Source: the human T2T-CHM13v2.0 reference genome, Homo sapiens. From it: a stretch of DNA of 64,000 nt. The notes below the pieces were generated by a model, which was given only the letters and a program-made list of their open reading frames with translations, searched no databases and was not told the origin of the DNA. Positions within the stretch are counted from its first letter, which is position 1. Each line of letters opens with the position of its first letter. Shown piece by piece: positions 30,345 to 42,650 of this stretch. The DNA is taken from the NCBI RefSeq assembly GCF_009914755.1, contig NC_060938.1; one strand, 5' to 3'. The translations under genes were made by a program, and so were the position numbers.

Positions 30345-30998
30345 GAAGTTGCTGGAGAATATACAGTAGCACCCCATTATCTGTGGGATACGTTCCAAGA
30401 CCCCTAGTGGATGCCTGAAACCATGGATAGTCCTGAACCCTATATATAAATATTTGCACATATGTCTATATCTACACACATGCATATACATACATGTATA
30501 TACACCATGTTTTTTTTTTTTCAGTCTGATCACCGAGACAGCTACTAAGTGACTAATGGATGGGTTGGATGAGTGGCGTCTACAGAGTGAATATGTTGGA
30601 CAAAGGGATGATTCGCACCCGGGGTGAGATGGAGCAAGATGCAGCAAGATGGCACAAGATTTCATCATGCTACTCAGACTGGCATGCAATGTAAACCTTA
30701 TGAACTACTTATTTCTGAAATGTTTTCATTTAATATTTTCAGACCTCGGATAACCACAGGTGACTGAAACCACAGAAAGCAAAGCCATAGGCAAGAGGGG
30801 GCTACTGCACGGGGCACTGGGTGACATCTGAAGGTCAGATCACACACAGACTTTAGTGTGAGTGTGTCCCAAATGGTGCAGGGAGCCGACTTATACGAAA
30901 AAAATTACTCATTACTTATCTGTCATTCAAATTTAACTAGCATGCTGGGGGGAGGGTGTGGTCTGTTGGTTTGTTTTTGCTAAATCTGGCAACCCTAC
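30345..30998 (-). mobile_element. MER53 interrupted by MER44A
   Basis: Right end tttgctaaatctggcaacccta. Internal gtgtcccaaat...acttatacgaaaaaaattactcattacttatctgtcattcaaatttaact. Degenerate left end aagttgctggagaatata. Confidence 0.7.
30364..30807 (-). mobile_element. MER44A (TcMar-Tigger)
   Basis: TIRs cagtagcacccc...gggggctactg. gatacgttccaagacccctagtggatgcctgaaacc. TA at the left flank. Confidence 0.9.
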
Positions 30999-31387
30999 CT
31001 CAAAGGGGGAGGGGCTCATTCTACCAAACAATGCATCAAAGCATGGGTTTTGTAAAATTTAAATTATAGGAAAACGTTTAAGGCAAAAGGTGCTCTAATC
31101 TCTGTAAGGGAGGCAGAGCTCATTCCCTAATAACACTGCATGCACACTCGAAGGAAGATGTAGTGAGATAATTTCTGTGTTCATCCCAGCTCCTTGCCCA
31201 ACATGCACCCCCAAAGAACTCTGGTTGGTTGGATCTACTGCACCTGCTTCTGAAGAAATCTCCAATTTTGGTGGACACCCTCCCTCTACATTACCCACCT
31301 GACCTTTCAGAACCCAGCGGGCCGGGTCTCAGCACATTACCTGGGATAAAGAAGACCTTGATATGTGTTCATTAAGCAAAACTGAAT

Positions 31388-31694
31388 TGGAAGGAAGAAA
31401 ACAGAGAGGGAGGGAAGGAAAAAAGGAAGGAAGGGAGGGAGGGAAGGAAGGGGAAGGGAGGGAGAGAGAGAGAGAGGGGCATGGAGAGAAGGAAGAAAAG
31501 AAGGAAGTAGGAAGGGAGGAAAGAAAGGGGGAAAGAGGGCAGAAGAGAAGAAAGGAAGGGAGGGAGGGAGAAAGGAAAGAAGGAAGGAAGGAAAGAAAGA
31601 AGGAAGAAGAGAGGGAGGGAGGGAGGAAAAGAGAGGGAAGGAGGAAAGGGAGGGAGAGAGGAGAGGAGGGAGGGAGGAAAGGAAGGAAGGAAAG
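31388..31694. repeat. Purine-rich (GGAA/GGGA/GA) low-complexity tract
   Basis: About 300 bp, almost exclusively A/G on the + strand. Confidence 0.95.
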
Positions 31695-33384
31695 TGATAG
31701 TATGGGATCCCATTTTGACTGGACATCTCTGAAAATGCCCCTGTATGCTCACCAAGGCCCTCAAGAAGGCACTCAACAAATGCTAATCAATGAAGCCTGT
31801 TCCCTTTCTCAGCGCCACCATCAGCCCCTACAGCACCTGCATGGGAATCAGGACAGGTGTCCCCTTCAGGTAAGCACAGCTCCCAGATGCAGAGGTCAGT
31901 GAGCGGACACCACCTGTGGCTTGTGCCAGTTGGAACACGGCCCCCTTTCCCCTGGAAGAAGCACCGCCAGGTCCCACAGCCTGGCCAGCAGAGTAGGAGG
32001 CTGCGCCCCAGCCCTTGCCTGCGCTCTTCACATCCGCTCCCTGCTCCTGATGGAAAGGCTAAAGCATTGGGAAGTGCTCTCAGAGCTGGACTTTCACCCC
32101 TTGTAGAAAATGTCTTCTGCCCAGATTACCCACACCCACCAAAGAGAGGCAGAATTGAAAGAAAGAGAGGAAATCTCCCATCAGCGCGTGCAGGCACACC
32201 CACGCACACCCCAGTGATCGCCAGGTGTGAACTGTATGTAAGGTAAACAATTCCACTGGAGTGGTGAGTGAATGGAGCTCATCCAATTCGATATTTTCTA
32301 GATGGAGCGAATGGTGTCTACATTCTCCTCACTTGTTTTTACTTTTTTAGCCGTCTACTTGGTGTTTTTGGTGCTGCTTAAAAATGATTTAAAGAAACAA
32401 AAAAGGCATTAGGGGGTTGCACATAATGAAATGAGGACGACTGCAACCAAGGCTGACACTTATTCTTTAGTTAATTCAATTGTGCCTAATTATCTTGTTG
32501 CTTTGCAATCCAGCCTCTCCCCCAACCAGCAAGAGCCTCCGGAACATTCCTTATAATTGCAGAGCAGCCCGAGAGCTGAGATGAGTAATCCTCAGCGTTC
32601 TCATTCTCTGTCCTGTCCCCGAATGCCTCTCAGGATGTGGAGGAGAAAACTTCGGAATCCAGATCTTTCTCTGAGCTTTGTGAGGAGTCTCTGCCTGCGT
32701 TTCCCTCAGGCGTCATCGTGAATGGCCGGCAGACCCTGTGCACGTAGAATTTCCTGTCTGGCTGTAGGGGAAACCACTCTGACAGCCAGGCAGAGATGAA
32801 ATAACCCAACTGAAAATTAATTAACTCCAAAACCTCCGCAGAAAATAAAACACACCAAGACATATATGGGCCGCGAGCAACTTTCAGCTTTGGGAAGGGA
32901 TGGGATGTGATTATTCAATTTTTCTAGTCCTTGACTCCAGGTTCTTACACATTTTCTTCTGTGCCTATGCTGCGTTCTGTAATTAGAAATTTTTCCAACA
33001 CTCTAAAACTTCAAAATTATACCCTAAAGTCAAGTTTTCAACAAAAGCAGGACTTCTTTGGCTTACCTTCACTGTAATTTGGTTTGGGAAAGTGTGGTTT
33101 TCAGCCATAGCAAAGAAAATGGTCTTCAGAACTCGAACTGTCTTTAGTGAAATGTTATTTTTCACCAAATATGTGTTCCCACAAAGTGTTTTCTAGCAGC
33201 TGGGAGAGGTAGCCAGCTGAGCTCTGTGTTGAAACGCATGCCCTGATACCCCCCCGTGCCCCATCCTGCAGCGAATTCTTGGGACCCATGCTTCTTAGGA
33301 CCTTTGGTCCTCAAGCTATTTAGAGATCCATGGAAACTGCCCAATGAACAAGGACAGGAAACAGGGAAAGGCTGCCGCAGCGGA

Positions 33385-33472
33385 TTCTTCTTCTTCTCCT
33401 TCCCCTTCCCCTTCTCCTTCTCTTTCCTCTTCCTCTTCCCTCCTCCCTCTTCCCTCTTCCCTCTTCTTCTTC
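33385..33472. repeat. Pyrimidine-rich (CTT/CCT) tract
   Basis: About 88 bp of C/T only. Confidence 0.9.
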
Positions 33473-33593
33473 GTGAATGAGCGCACTGATGAATAGCAGA
33501 GGATGAGAACCCTGCAGGCCAGGCACAGGCAGCATCAAAGAAACAGAGGGTGGAGCACAGGTGCCCAGCCCAGGAGATTTAAAATCAGATCAG

Positions 33594-33987
<394 letters not shown>

Positions 33988-34119
33988 CTAATGCTCCCAA
34001 TGTACACAGAATGTTCTGTCCCTGGATGGAAGGTGACCCAAAATAGAGAAGAATCATGGAAAGACGAAGGCGGCAGCCTTTTTGCCGCCCCACAACACCT
34101 GACACCCGAGTGATGGGTG

Positions 34120-34340
34120 TGGCCCTCAAGCCAGGAGGCCTGCGTTTGGGTCCTGGCTCTGCCGCTTAATGGCTGTGTGATGCTGAGCAATTACTTAGCC
34201 TCTCCATGCCTCAGTTTCCTCCCTTGTAAATGGATCTAATGAAGACACCTACTTCCCTTACTCTTCGTCGTGGGAACCAAGTGAACTAATGCATGCAGCA
34301 TGCTGAACCCTGCAGCCGCTGTGGCGAAAACACTCATTGA
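34120..34340 (+). mobile_element. MIR
   Basis: gctgagcaattacttagcctctccatgcctcagtttcctcccttgtaaatgg. Confidence 0.8.
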
Positions 34341-34494
34341 GATGCAAGTCTCCACGCAACAGCAGGTAAAGCCCCATTGGAAGTCATCGTTTATAATCTC
34401 AATTATTTCCTTGACCTAGAATTGTTCAATATTAACAGAAATGAGATCAGAATTCTTTCAGCCAGGCATGGTGCCCCAAGAGTGACAGTCCTGA

Positions 34495-34680
34495 AGCCAC
34501 TGCTATTTATGGAGCCCTTTCCACAGAACACTTCCATGAAGCACGGTTATCATTCCCATTCATGGAAGAGGAAACTGAGGCACAATGCTGTCACGTAATT
34601 TGCCTACACAGCCAGAGAGCAACTGAGCCAAGATTCAAGCCCTCCGTCTGTCCACGGCCTGCCCTCTCAGCCACTGTGCA
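34495..34680 (-). mobile_element. MIR
   Basis: attcccattcatggaagaggaaactgaggcac. Confidence 0.75.
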
Positions 34681-36328
34681 ATGCTGACTGCAGACCAGCC
34701 ACAACTGTTCTGCCAGGGCTCTGAGTAACCGGAACATGGTGATTTAATCAGGAGGAGATATTTGCAGAGATGTTGAAATGGGGGACATCCATAAGTGAAA
34801 GCAGTGATTTGCAAAAATAATCTGGCTGCTGCTTTCCCAAGCTTCCTCCTATGGAAGCCTCCCCTGTAACACCGAGTGGCACACCTTCTCTGCCCTGGCC
34901 GGAGCCGAGGGCACAGTCCCTGACAGAGCTCAGCACCCACCTCCAAGACACACAGGGAGACAGTCTTGGGGTCAGCGAATCTGCACATTCCGCCGGCACT
35001 CGCAGGGCCAGACAAGCTGCTCTGGCCCAATCTTCTCATTCTGTGGTCGACACACTGCGGCCCGGAGGGAGCAGAGGGTGGAATTTCCCAGGGTCACCCT
35101 TTGGAAGGATGCCGGAGCCAGACCCTGGCCTCCCCGAAGGAAAATAAAGCAGTGGCCCTGAGCCGGGGCCACAGAGCTCCATGTGGCCGGAGCAGGGCTG
35201 CGGTGGGAAGGGGAAGGATGGAGACTGGGGCACTCTCATCACCGGTTAAGGGGCTCTCCTGCCAGGCACACGAGACAGAACATTCATGATGCTCTGAGAC
35301 AGAGGAAAGAAGGTACGGACAGCAGGGAAGACTCTCTGCTCAGCCATCTTTCCAACATATTGTATTTAAACTATCAAATGCTTTAGCCAATCTGCAAAAA
35401 ATAAATTCTTTGCACAGGGGGGTGAAATCTGGCTCTCTCCTCAGCAGAAGGCCCTTCTCCACGGCTCCCCTTGGCTCCCACAGAAAACACAGGGCAGCTT
35501 CTGCAGCTTCTCCACACCATATATCTAGAATTTACATAATCACAGGCAAATAAAACGATAAAAGCACACTCTTTCATAACAGGCACATTGTTACTATTAT
35601 TATTCTTAAGGCAAATTAGCTTCTGATTATAGAGATTAGTCAAAACCATGATTCTGTTGATTGTGAGGTAGAACTGATTTTCTTTTCTTTCTTTTTTTTT
35701 TTTTTCAACAAGGAGAAGAGCTGTTGTTTCGATGTCAGAAAATTACATAAAATGGTACTCAGAGAGAAATAAAGTTTCTGAAAGTCATTTAATTATCAGT
35801 TCTCTTGGAAGCGTTTAGGCATTCCAGCCTTTCGGTTGTTGTCTGTCTAGCCAAACATTTTACCCTCAAGTTTATTAACTGTTTGATTTTATTTTATTTA
35901 ACCTCTTTCTTTTAAAAGTTTCTCCAATTTAAAATACCAATATTTTAGATATTTGTATGTGTTTATTGGGCTTTCTTCATCACTGAAATAATTCATACCT
36001 CTTTTGAACCAAAGAGATGCTTGTTCTTTCACCAGCATTTTTGATCAAAGACAACCAGGAAGGAAGCATCTCCTCCCTGGGCAAAATGGAGGATCCAAAA
36101 CCATTAAGAGTCTGCTGCAAGATGTCACCACTCAGACTCAGAGAGCTTCTGGCTCCTCAGGGCAGCGCCAGGCACCAGAGGCTCCGTGAAAGCCCTTGGC
36201 AGGAGAGCAGCACTCACATTGCTCCTCCCTGCCCCCTACCTGTTTTAATCATTAGTCCTCAGTTAGGTCCAGTGTCTGAGCCCTGCCTCCAGAGTTGAGT
36301 CCCGCCTCCTACCTCACCTGAACTAACT

Positions 36329-36512
36329 CTGAGGTTCCAACCTGGGGGTGATTTTGCCCTCTAGGGGACATCTCACAATGTGTGGAGATGGTGGGGGTTA
36401 TCAGAATAGTGGGGAGGTGGTGGGAAGAGGCAGCGTTTGAGCCACAGGGCAGTCCCACCACAAAGAATGATCTGGCCCCCAATGTCAGTAGGGTCCCTGT
36501 TGAGAAACCCTG
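36329..36512 (+). mobile_element. MER20 (hAT-Charlie)
   Basis: gggggtgattttgccctctaggggacat...aaagaatgatctggcccccaatgtcagtag...gttgagaaaccctg. Confidence 0.85.
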
Positions 36513-37139
36513 GTCTAATTGATCAGAAATGGTGGGTGAACTTTGAACAGATAACACCAGGGAGTCGTGCAGCTCTAGGGGAATCCTCTCGGACCCTGGA
36601 GTGCCCGATAGAAGCAGCGTGCACATGGGGACTCTGCCCAGATCCGAGTCCTTTTGTCCATCATGATGTCCCAGATTCCTGCTGTCATTTTGCATAGAAT
36701 TAGACTGGAACATGCAAAAATATATACAATTGTTGATACCAAGATGTCTGAATTTAGGAAGAATTCCCAAACAGAAAGATCCCTCCCCCAAAATGTATGC
36801 ATATAAACTTTTAAGGATGCAGATAAAATTGCCAGATGTCTTTCAATCTGATTACCTCACATGCTGGCCTGTATCCCAGATGTGAGATCCAGAGAAACGT
36901 GATGGAATGTGTCACTGTCTTCTTTTCACATCCTCTCCCAGATTTCATTAATCTGCTGATAGGTACTCATTAAAATACTAGTATTCGCCCTGGGACACAG
37001 TTTCATGAGATTACTTCACGACCGTTACAGGACATATTACAGTAAATGAATTTTCCTTCTTTTAGCATGGTGGATTAAAAAAATACATAATTTTGTGCCC
37101 CAGTCCTCAAAGAATTAAACATTTCAGCATATCTTACGA

Positions 37140-37362
37140 CAGGATATTGGCAACGTTTTCTGTAATGGGTCAGATAGTAAATATTTTGGGCTTTGCAGGT
37201 CACGTGGTCTCTGTCGCAACTACTCAACAGTGCTATGGCAGGACAGAAGCAGCCATAGATGATGTGTAAATGAACAAGCTTGGCTGCATTCCAATAAAAC
37301 TTTATTTACAAAAACAGGCTGTGGGAAGGACTTGGCCCGCAACCCTGGTTTGCCTACCTCTG
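37140..37362 (+). mobile_element. MER58A
   Basis: cagatagtaaatattttgggctttgcagg...gtctctgtcgcaactactcaac...ccaataaaactttatttacaaaaacagg. Confidence 0.9.
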
Positions 37363-38249
37363 TCTTACAACATAGATTTCCTGAAAATAATGCATCTAGG
37401 CAGAAAGAATAGGGGAAAGTTCAGAGTAAGACGTTGTAAAATATCGGCAAGAGTTCTCATCGTCTTACAAGAAGTAGCCTGTGTACAACTTAATATCAAT
37501 CCAAGGAGGACCAAGAGGCATGCCGAAATGAGATTTAAAGGTTAAACAGAAATCTGGAGGGAAAGGAAAAATTGCAACCACACTGGCCAATGATCTAGTG
37601 TTGTTACTCTCATTTATTTGCTAAGTTTCCCTTTCAGTTTAAAGCACGGCATTTAATTCAGACATTGTCCTTCACTCCCCATGAGCCAATGAAAGAGGAG
37701 ATGCGTGGGCTGTGGAGGGGCTGAGATGCTTGTGGACACCTGGGGCAGCGGCTGTGGGCTGTGGTCTCCCGGGCTGTGCAGGTCAGGAGGTCAGGAGGTC
37801 TCTGGAGAGAGGCATCATCATGGAGCTGGGCCTGCTGGAGAAAGGAGTTGGCCACGGACACCCCAAACACCCCGATTTGATCATGACACTTTCTGTGCAT
37901 GGAACCCCACATGTACCCCTTAAAATTTTACCCTGTAAAATATTATGTATCAATAGAAGAGAGCACCAAAGCAATCATCCTACTAGCCACCATATGCCAT
38001 CCTAGCTTCTCCACAGTAACACGTCATTTACTCCTCAGAGCGGCTCAGCGAGGTAGGGCCTGCTGATGGTCCCTTTCACAGGTGAGAACACAGAGGCCCT
38101 GGGAAGCTGAGGGGTTTGCTAGAGATCAGGAAGCCAGGACTCGGGCTTGGGTGCTGGGCTCTGGGCCTGTGTGTCTGACTTCTCCGAGGGGGTGCTGCCT
38201 TCTCCTTTCCTCTCTTTCTCCCTAACCCCCCCACACTCAGCCACTAAGT

Positions 38250-38655
38250 ATTTTTAGAATTATTACTATTTAGGTATCATCTATAAAACATGACATTTAC
38301 CATTTTAACCATGTTTTCATGTATACTCCAGTGGCATCAAGTACATTCACACCATTGTGCAACCATCCCCACCACCCATCTCCAGAGCCCCCATTCAATA
38401 GAAACCCCCCCTTCTCCCCTCCCCCAGCTCCTGGCCACCACCATCCTGCTTTCTGTCTATGAATTTGACTGCTCAGGGTGTCTAGAGTGGAGTCCTGCAG
38501 AATGAGCCCTTTTGGGTAGAGGTGATTTCATTCAGCACAATGGCCTCAAGGTTCACTGGTACTGTAGCGCGTGTCAGGGTTTCCTTCCAGTTTAAAGTAG
38601 AATCCTCTGGTTGTTTGTCCATTACTCCATGGACACCTGGGTGGCTGCCACCTGT
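38250..38655 (-). mobile_element. L1MB-like 3' end
   Basis: agtacattcacaccattgtgcaaccatccccaccacccatctccaga...ctttctgtctatgaatttgact. Confidence 0.8.
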
Positions 38656-41435
38656 GCCCTGGTCTCTAAGAGCTGCTGGCACTCTCGCTCCTCCCTGGTC
38701 CCTTTCCTTGCTCACCTGCCCTCCCCTGGCTCGGCTCCTCCTCCCAGGCCTCCAGCCTGCCTTCCCGGCACCCCACGCCTGCTGCCTCGGGAATCTTGCC
38801 CAAACTCCAATCTGCTTGGGCCTCTCTTACTGGTAAACCCACAAGGATCCCCACCTTCAGCAAAAAAGAGTTCCAAAGGCTCCATGTAGGAGCCCAGGCC
38901 CCTCACTGACTGCCCTGGCCAGCCTCTCCAGTGTTGCCCCAACGGAGCCCTGCCCTATGTACCTACCCTTGTTTTCCTGAAAACCACACTCTTTCCTGCC
39001 TGGAGGACACCCTTCTCACCCTGGAGAGATTACCCTTCTAGAAACAAACCAAACACACCCTCTGCAGAGGCTCTGCCAGCCGCCTTCTCCAGGCAAGGCA
39101 GGCTGCCTGCCCCCACGCTCACGGCAGCTTCCTGGCATACTTGCTGCCTCGGTTTGTGCAAAAGCAAACCTGCAAGTCGCATACTTAGGGGATGGCCCGG
39201 GAAGCCCATAAGGATGTGGGAGAACAAGACAGGGAGGGCAAGAAGGACAATCACAGACTCATCCTGGAGCACATTCAACTGTGGGACACAGGAACTCATC
39301 CCTGAGACTGCCTGGAATGTAGCTCGGAACTGTCCCAACAGCTCCTAACCTTCCGAGGTTGATGGTCCCTCCTGGTTAACTCCGTGGCCAGCAAGAGGTC
39401 CCAGGAGGCCATCACTGCACACAGCAACCATCCACCATGCCTGCATGCAGGTGGCCTCTGGGTGGAACAGAGGGATGTGGGCAAAAATCTGGGATGACCG
39501 CAAGGGCGCCAGGCACACAGTGGGTTTGCGACTGTGGTATCTGCCTCTCCCACGGGAGGCAGACCCCATCACCAATTTCTCTCTGTACCCCCAGCCCATG
39601 GCAGGTTGGAGACATCTGGAAAAGGTAGCAAATGAGTCCATGAGTGGCTGTGTGGGAATGAGATGGACTGGGTCTTGGGAGAGAGGAGGCAGGAGTGGAT
39701 GTTGGAAAGACAGGCTGCTGAGAGGAGAACACAGTGGCAGGGCAGGTGAGCAGCGGCCAGGGGCTCCCTCACACACTTCACCCCAGCCCCTGCGCCAGCC
39801 TCATCTGCCTGTCTCCCACCTGACCCTTTTGCCGTTCACCTCCGTCCTCTCTCTGCTGGGTTCTCAAGGCAATCGCACCTTGCCTAGCAACTGTTGCTAC
39901 CGAAAGCCAACGTCCCTGGTATTCCAACAATAAAGCACAGCGCTCCGACTACAACTCCCAGATATTATTGAAAAGAAAGGCAGGTTTATTTCAAGGCCAG
40001 GAGGGGAGAGGATCTGCGTGTTGGAGGCTGGAGCAGCAGCGCATTCGATGGCCGGCCTGACAGCATGGCGAGCAGCTTGTGCTGGTGCGTCCTCCAGAAA
40101 AAGAATGCGCGCTCTCCAGGAGGTGATGGTCCCTGTTCATAAACTCCCTGTTGCTCCCTGTTCCCATTCAGCTGGGTCAACATGTGCCTGTAAATTCCTC
40201 CCGAAAGGGAAATCATAACAGCATCAGCAGCCCCAGAAATGACAAACAACTCAAGTATGGAAAGCCAGCTGCCAAGTATTCAACAGTACTCATGTTGCAC
40301 CAGAAACAAAAAAAATCAGATAAGAAAAATAAACCCAGTTGTGTGCATAGTTCCTTAAATATGTATCCCATTTTGTGGTTCCTTCCAGTCTTCGGTGTAA
40401 TGAATATATCCATTGGTTAGGGGTCACGGAATGGCAGGTCCTACCAGGCTGCCTTGGATTGGCGAACTGTGATGTTCTGCTTTCTCCCTTCTCTGAAGCA
40501 TGGAGCGGTGCGAGACGTTCAGAACAGACAGCCACTGACATTAATTTTCCTGCTGGCCTCCTTGCTAAATTGTTTTATGACTTGTTTGCTGTGTCTTGGT
40601 TGCCCTATTGTGTTGAGTTGATTTGGCAGTGGTTATTTAAAACATGCTTTGTCATCCTCAGGATGAGTGGAGGATCCCGGGGGTCACTTTTGCACAACAA
40701 ATGGTCATTGAGCTGAAGAACTGTCAGAGTCACCACCTCCACAGTCAAGTGGCAATGGAATCCGAAGACAGGGTCAGCTCGGTACACCACGAGCCGAGAT
40801 CCACGGGACGGACGGTGTGCAGGCACCAAAGCGTGGACAGGCCATGCTTTGCTTAACAGCATGGGGCTGGCCACGGCACCAGGGCCTCTGCCAGCCTCAC
40901 GAGGCCCCTCCTGGCGTGGCCATAAAAGCCACAGCTGCAAACGCTGACACGGCAAGAAAAGAATATGGTGAGAAACCAGCTTTTGCCTTTGCTTCTCAGA
41001 CTCCTCGGAAGATCCGAAGGGCACTTTCCCATCCCCAGGAATGAGAGGCCAGATTCCTCCATGGTCCAGTCAGGAAATGTAATCAAGCATCAACGCGGAG
41101 CCAGGATCTGTGCCTCAAACTTGAAACGTGGCCCTATCTTCAAGGGTGCTCACACTCAGATGACTTAAACCAAAAATGACACGGTGTGGCCTGCACTTGC
41201 CCATGCCATAGTCAGGAAAGCCTAGTCAAGGACAACGCAAGCCCAGAGGAAGAGGGTCTAAACCCAGCCGAGAACAGCCACCCAGAGCAGAGGCCCTCCC
41301 CTGAGAGAAAGCCACCTGCTCTCAGCCATCCCTCTTCTTTCCCTACGAGCTCCAGGAGACAGAAACCATGATGCTTAGGTAGACATCAATCTGTTATGGC
41401 AGGCACCAGAATGTTTCTTCTCCTGTGTCCCATCA

Positions 41436-41748
<313 letters not shown>

Positions 41749-42414
41749 TTAGTGAAAGTCCCGGAGGAGCCCCAGCCTGAGCCATAGCAGGAGAGTCGCA
41801 GAGAGATGAAAGGGTCTGTCCCCAGCCCACTGTGGCCTCCAGAGGTAGCATCTTCTGCTCAGCAGCAGAACAAACATTTCCATGGAGCAGCTAAGTTGAA
41901 AAGCCCCCAGGAGGCAAGGGTAGGAGTTACAAGAAACCAGAAAGTCTACGGCAAGGTCAGGGTGACTCGGGTGGGGTTTCTCTTGCTTCCCCTTTCAATA
42001 GCATTCATGAAGTGGCTGAAAGTCTTCATCTTGTTATTAGCTTTGCTTTCTGGCCTCGTTTATCTCTAATTGTTTTCCTAAGCCTTGAAGAGGAAATTCT
42101 GTTTTCTTTCTGGTCCTGCTTACATTTAAATCCACTTAAGTTTCTGTCTGTGGCTTTCTTCTCAAAAGGGCCACCGGCTCCCTGGGGGACAAGCATCCTC
42201 CTTATAAAGTTGAAGGGAACTGGGAAGATCTTGAAAGACTTCTCTATTGTTCATGCAGACAAGTTGTGGGAATTTATTTCTGTGGGTCTGTTTCCTCTTT
42301 GTTCAGGGGGCCCCATTCTTCTCCAATTATCTGCCTATACCAGAGAGTATTTTCAGAATCTGTGCAGGATGTTTTAGACTGAATAAGGACAAGCATTGAG
42401 GGAGGTTGATATTT

Positions 42415-42650
42415 TGCTAATAATAACAGTGGAAAAAGGTACCATTTCTGAAGCACCTACTGTGTGCTGGAACCTTCTGTGTGCATCACATTTTAACCCT
42501 CTCAACTCTCCAGGAATGTATTATGACACCTACTCTATAGATTCAAAAACTGAAGGGCAGAGATGTAAAGAACTTGCCAGAGTTACCAGCAGTGAGAGAA
42601 CCAGGGGTCAAACCCAAGATTGACCCAAGCTCCTGCTGACCCCATGATTT
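42415..42650 (-). mobile_element. MIR
   Basis: catttctgaagcacctactgtgtgctgg...aaaactgaagggcagagatgtaaagaacttgcc. Confidence 0.75.

Noticed and set aside
31570-31694. EWS-FLI1-type GGAA microsatellite
   Set aside because: Only about three consecutive perfect GGAA units per run
31337-31902. 179-aa E/G/R/K-rich ORF and antisense P/S/F/L ORFs
   Set aside because: A purine-only tract cannot contain stop codons, so this is a low-complexity artefact
34850-35300. Possible CpG island (also ~29.0 and ~40.0-40.9 kb)
   Set aside because: CpGs are only locally enriched and visibly depleted relative to GpC. Too short and weak to call by eye.
39345-41168. Dense overlapping ORFs on both strands
   Set aside because: No recognisable protein family and no consistent exon structure. 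GC-rich background.
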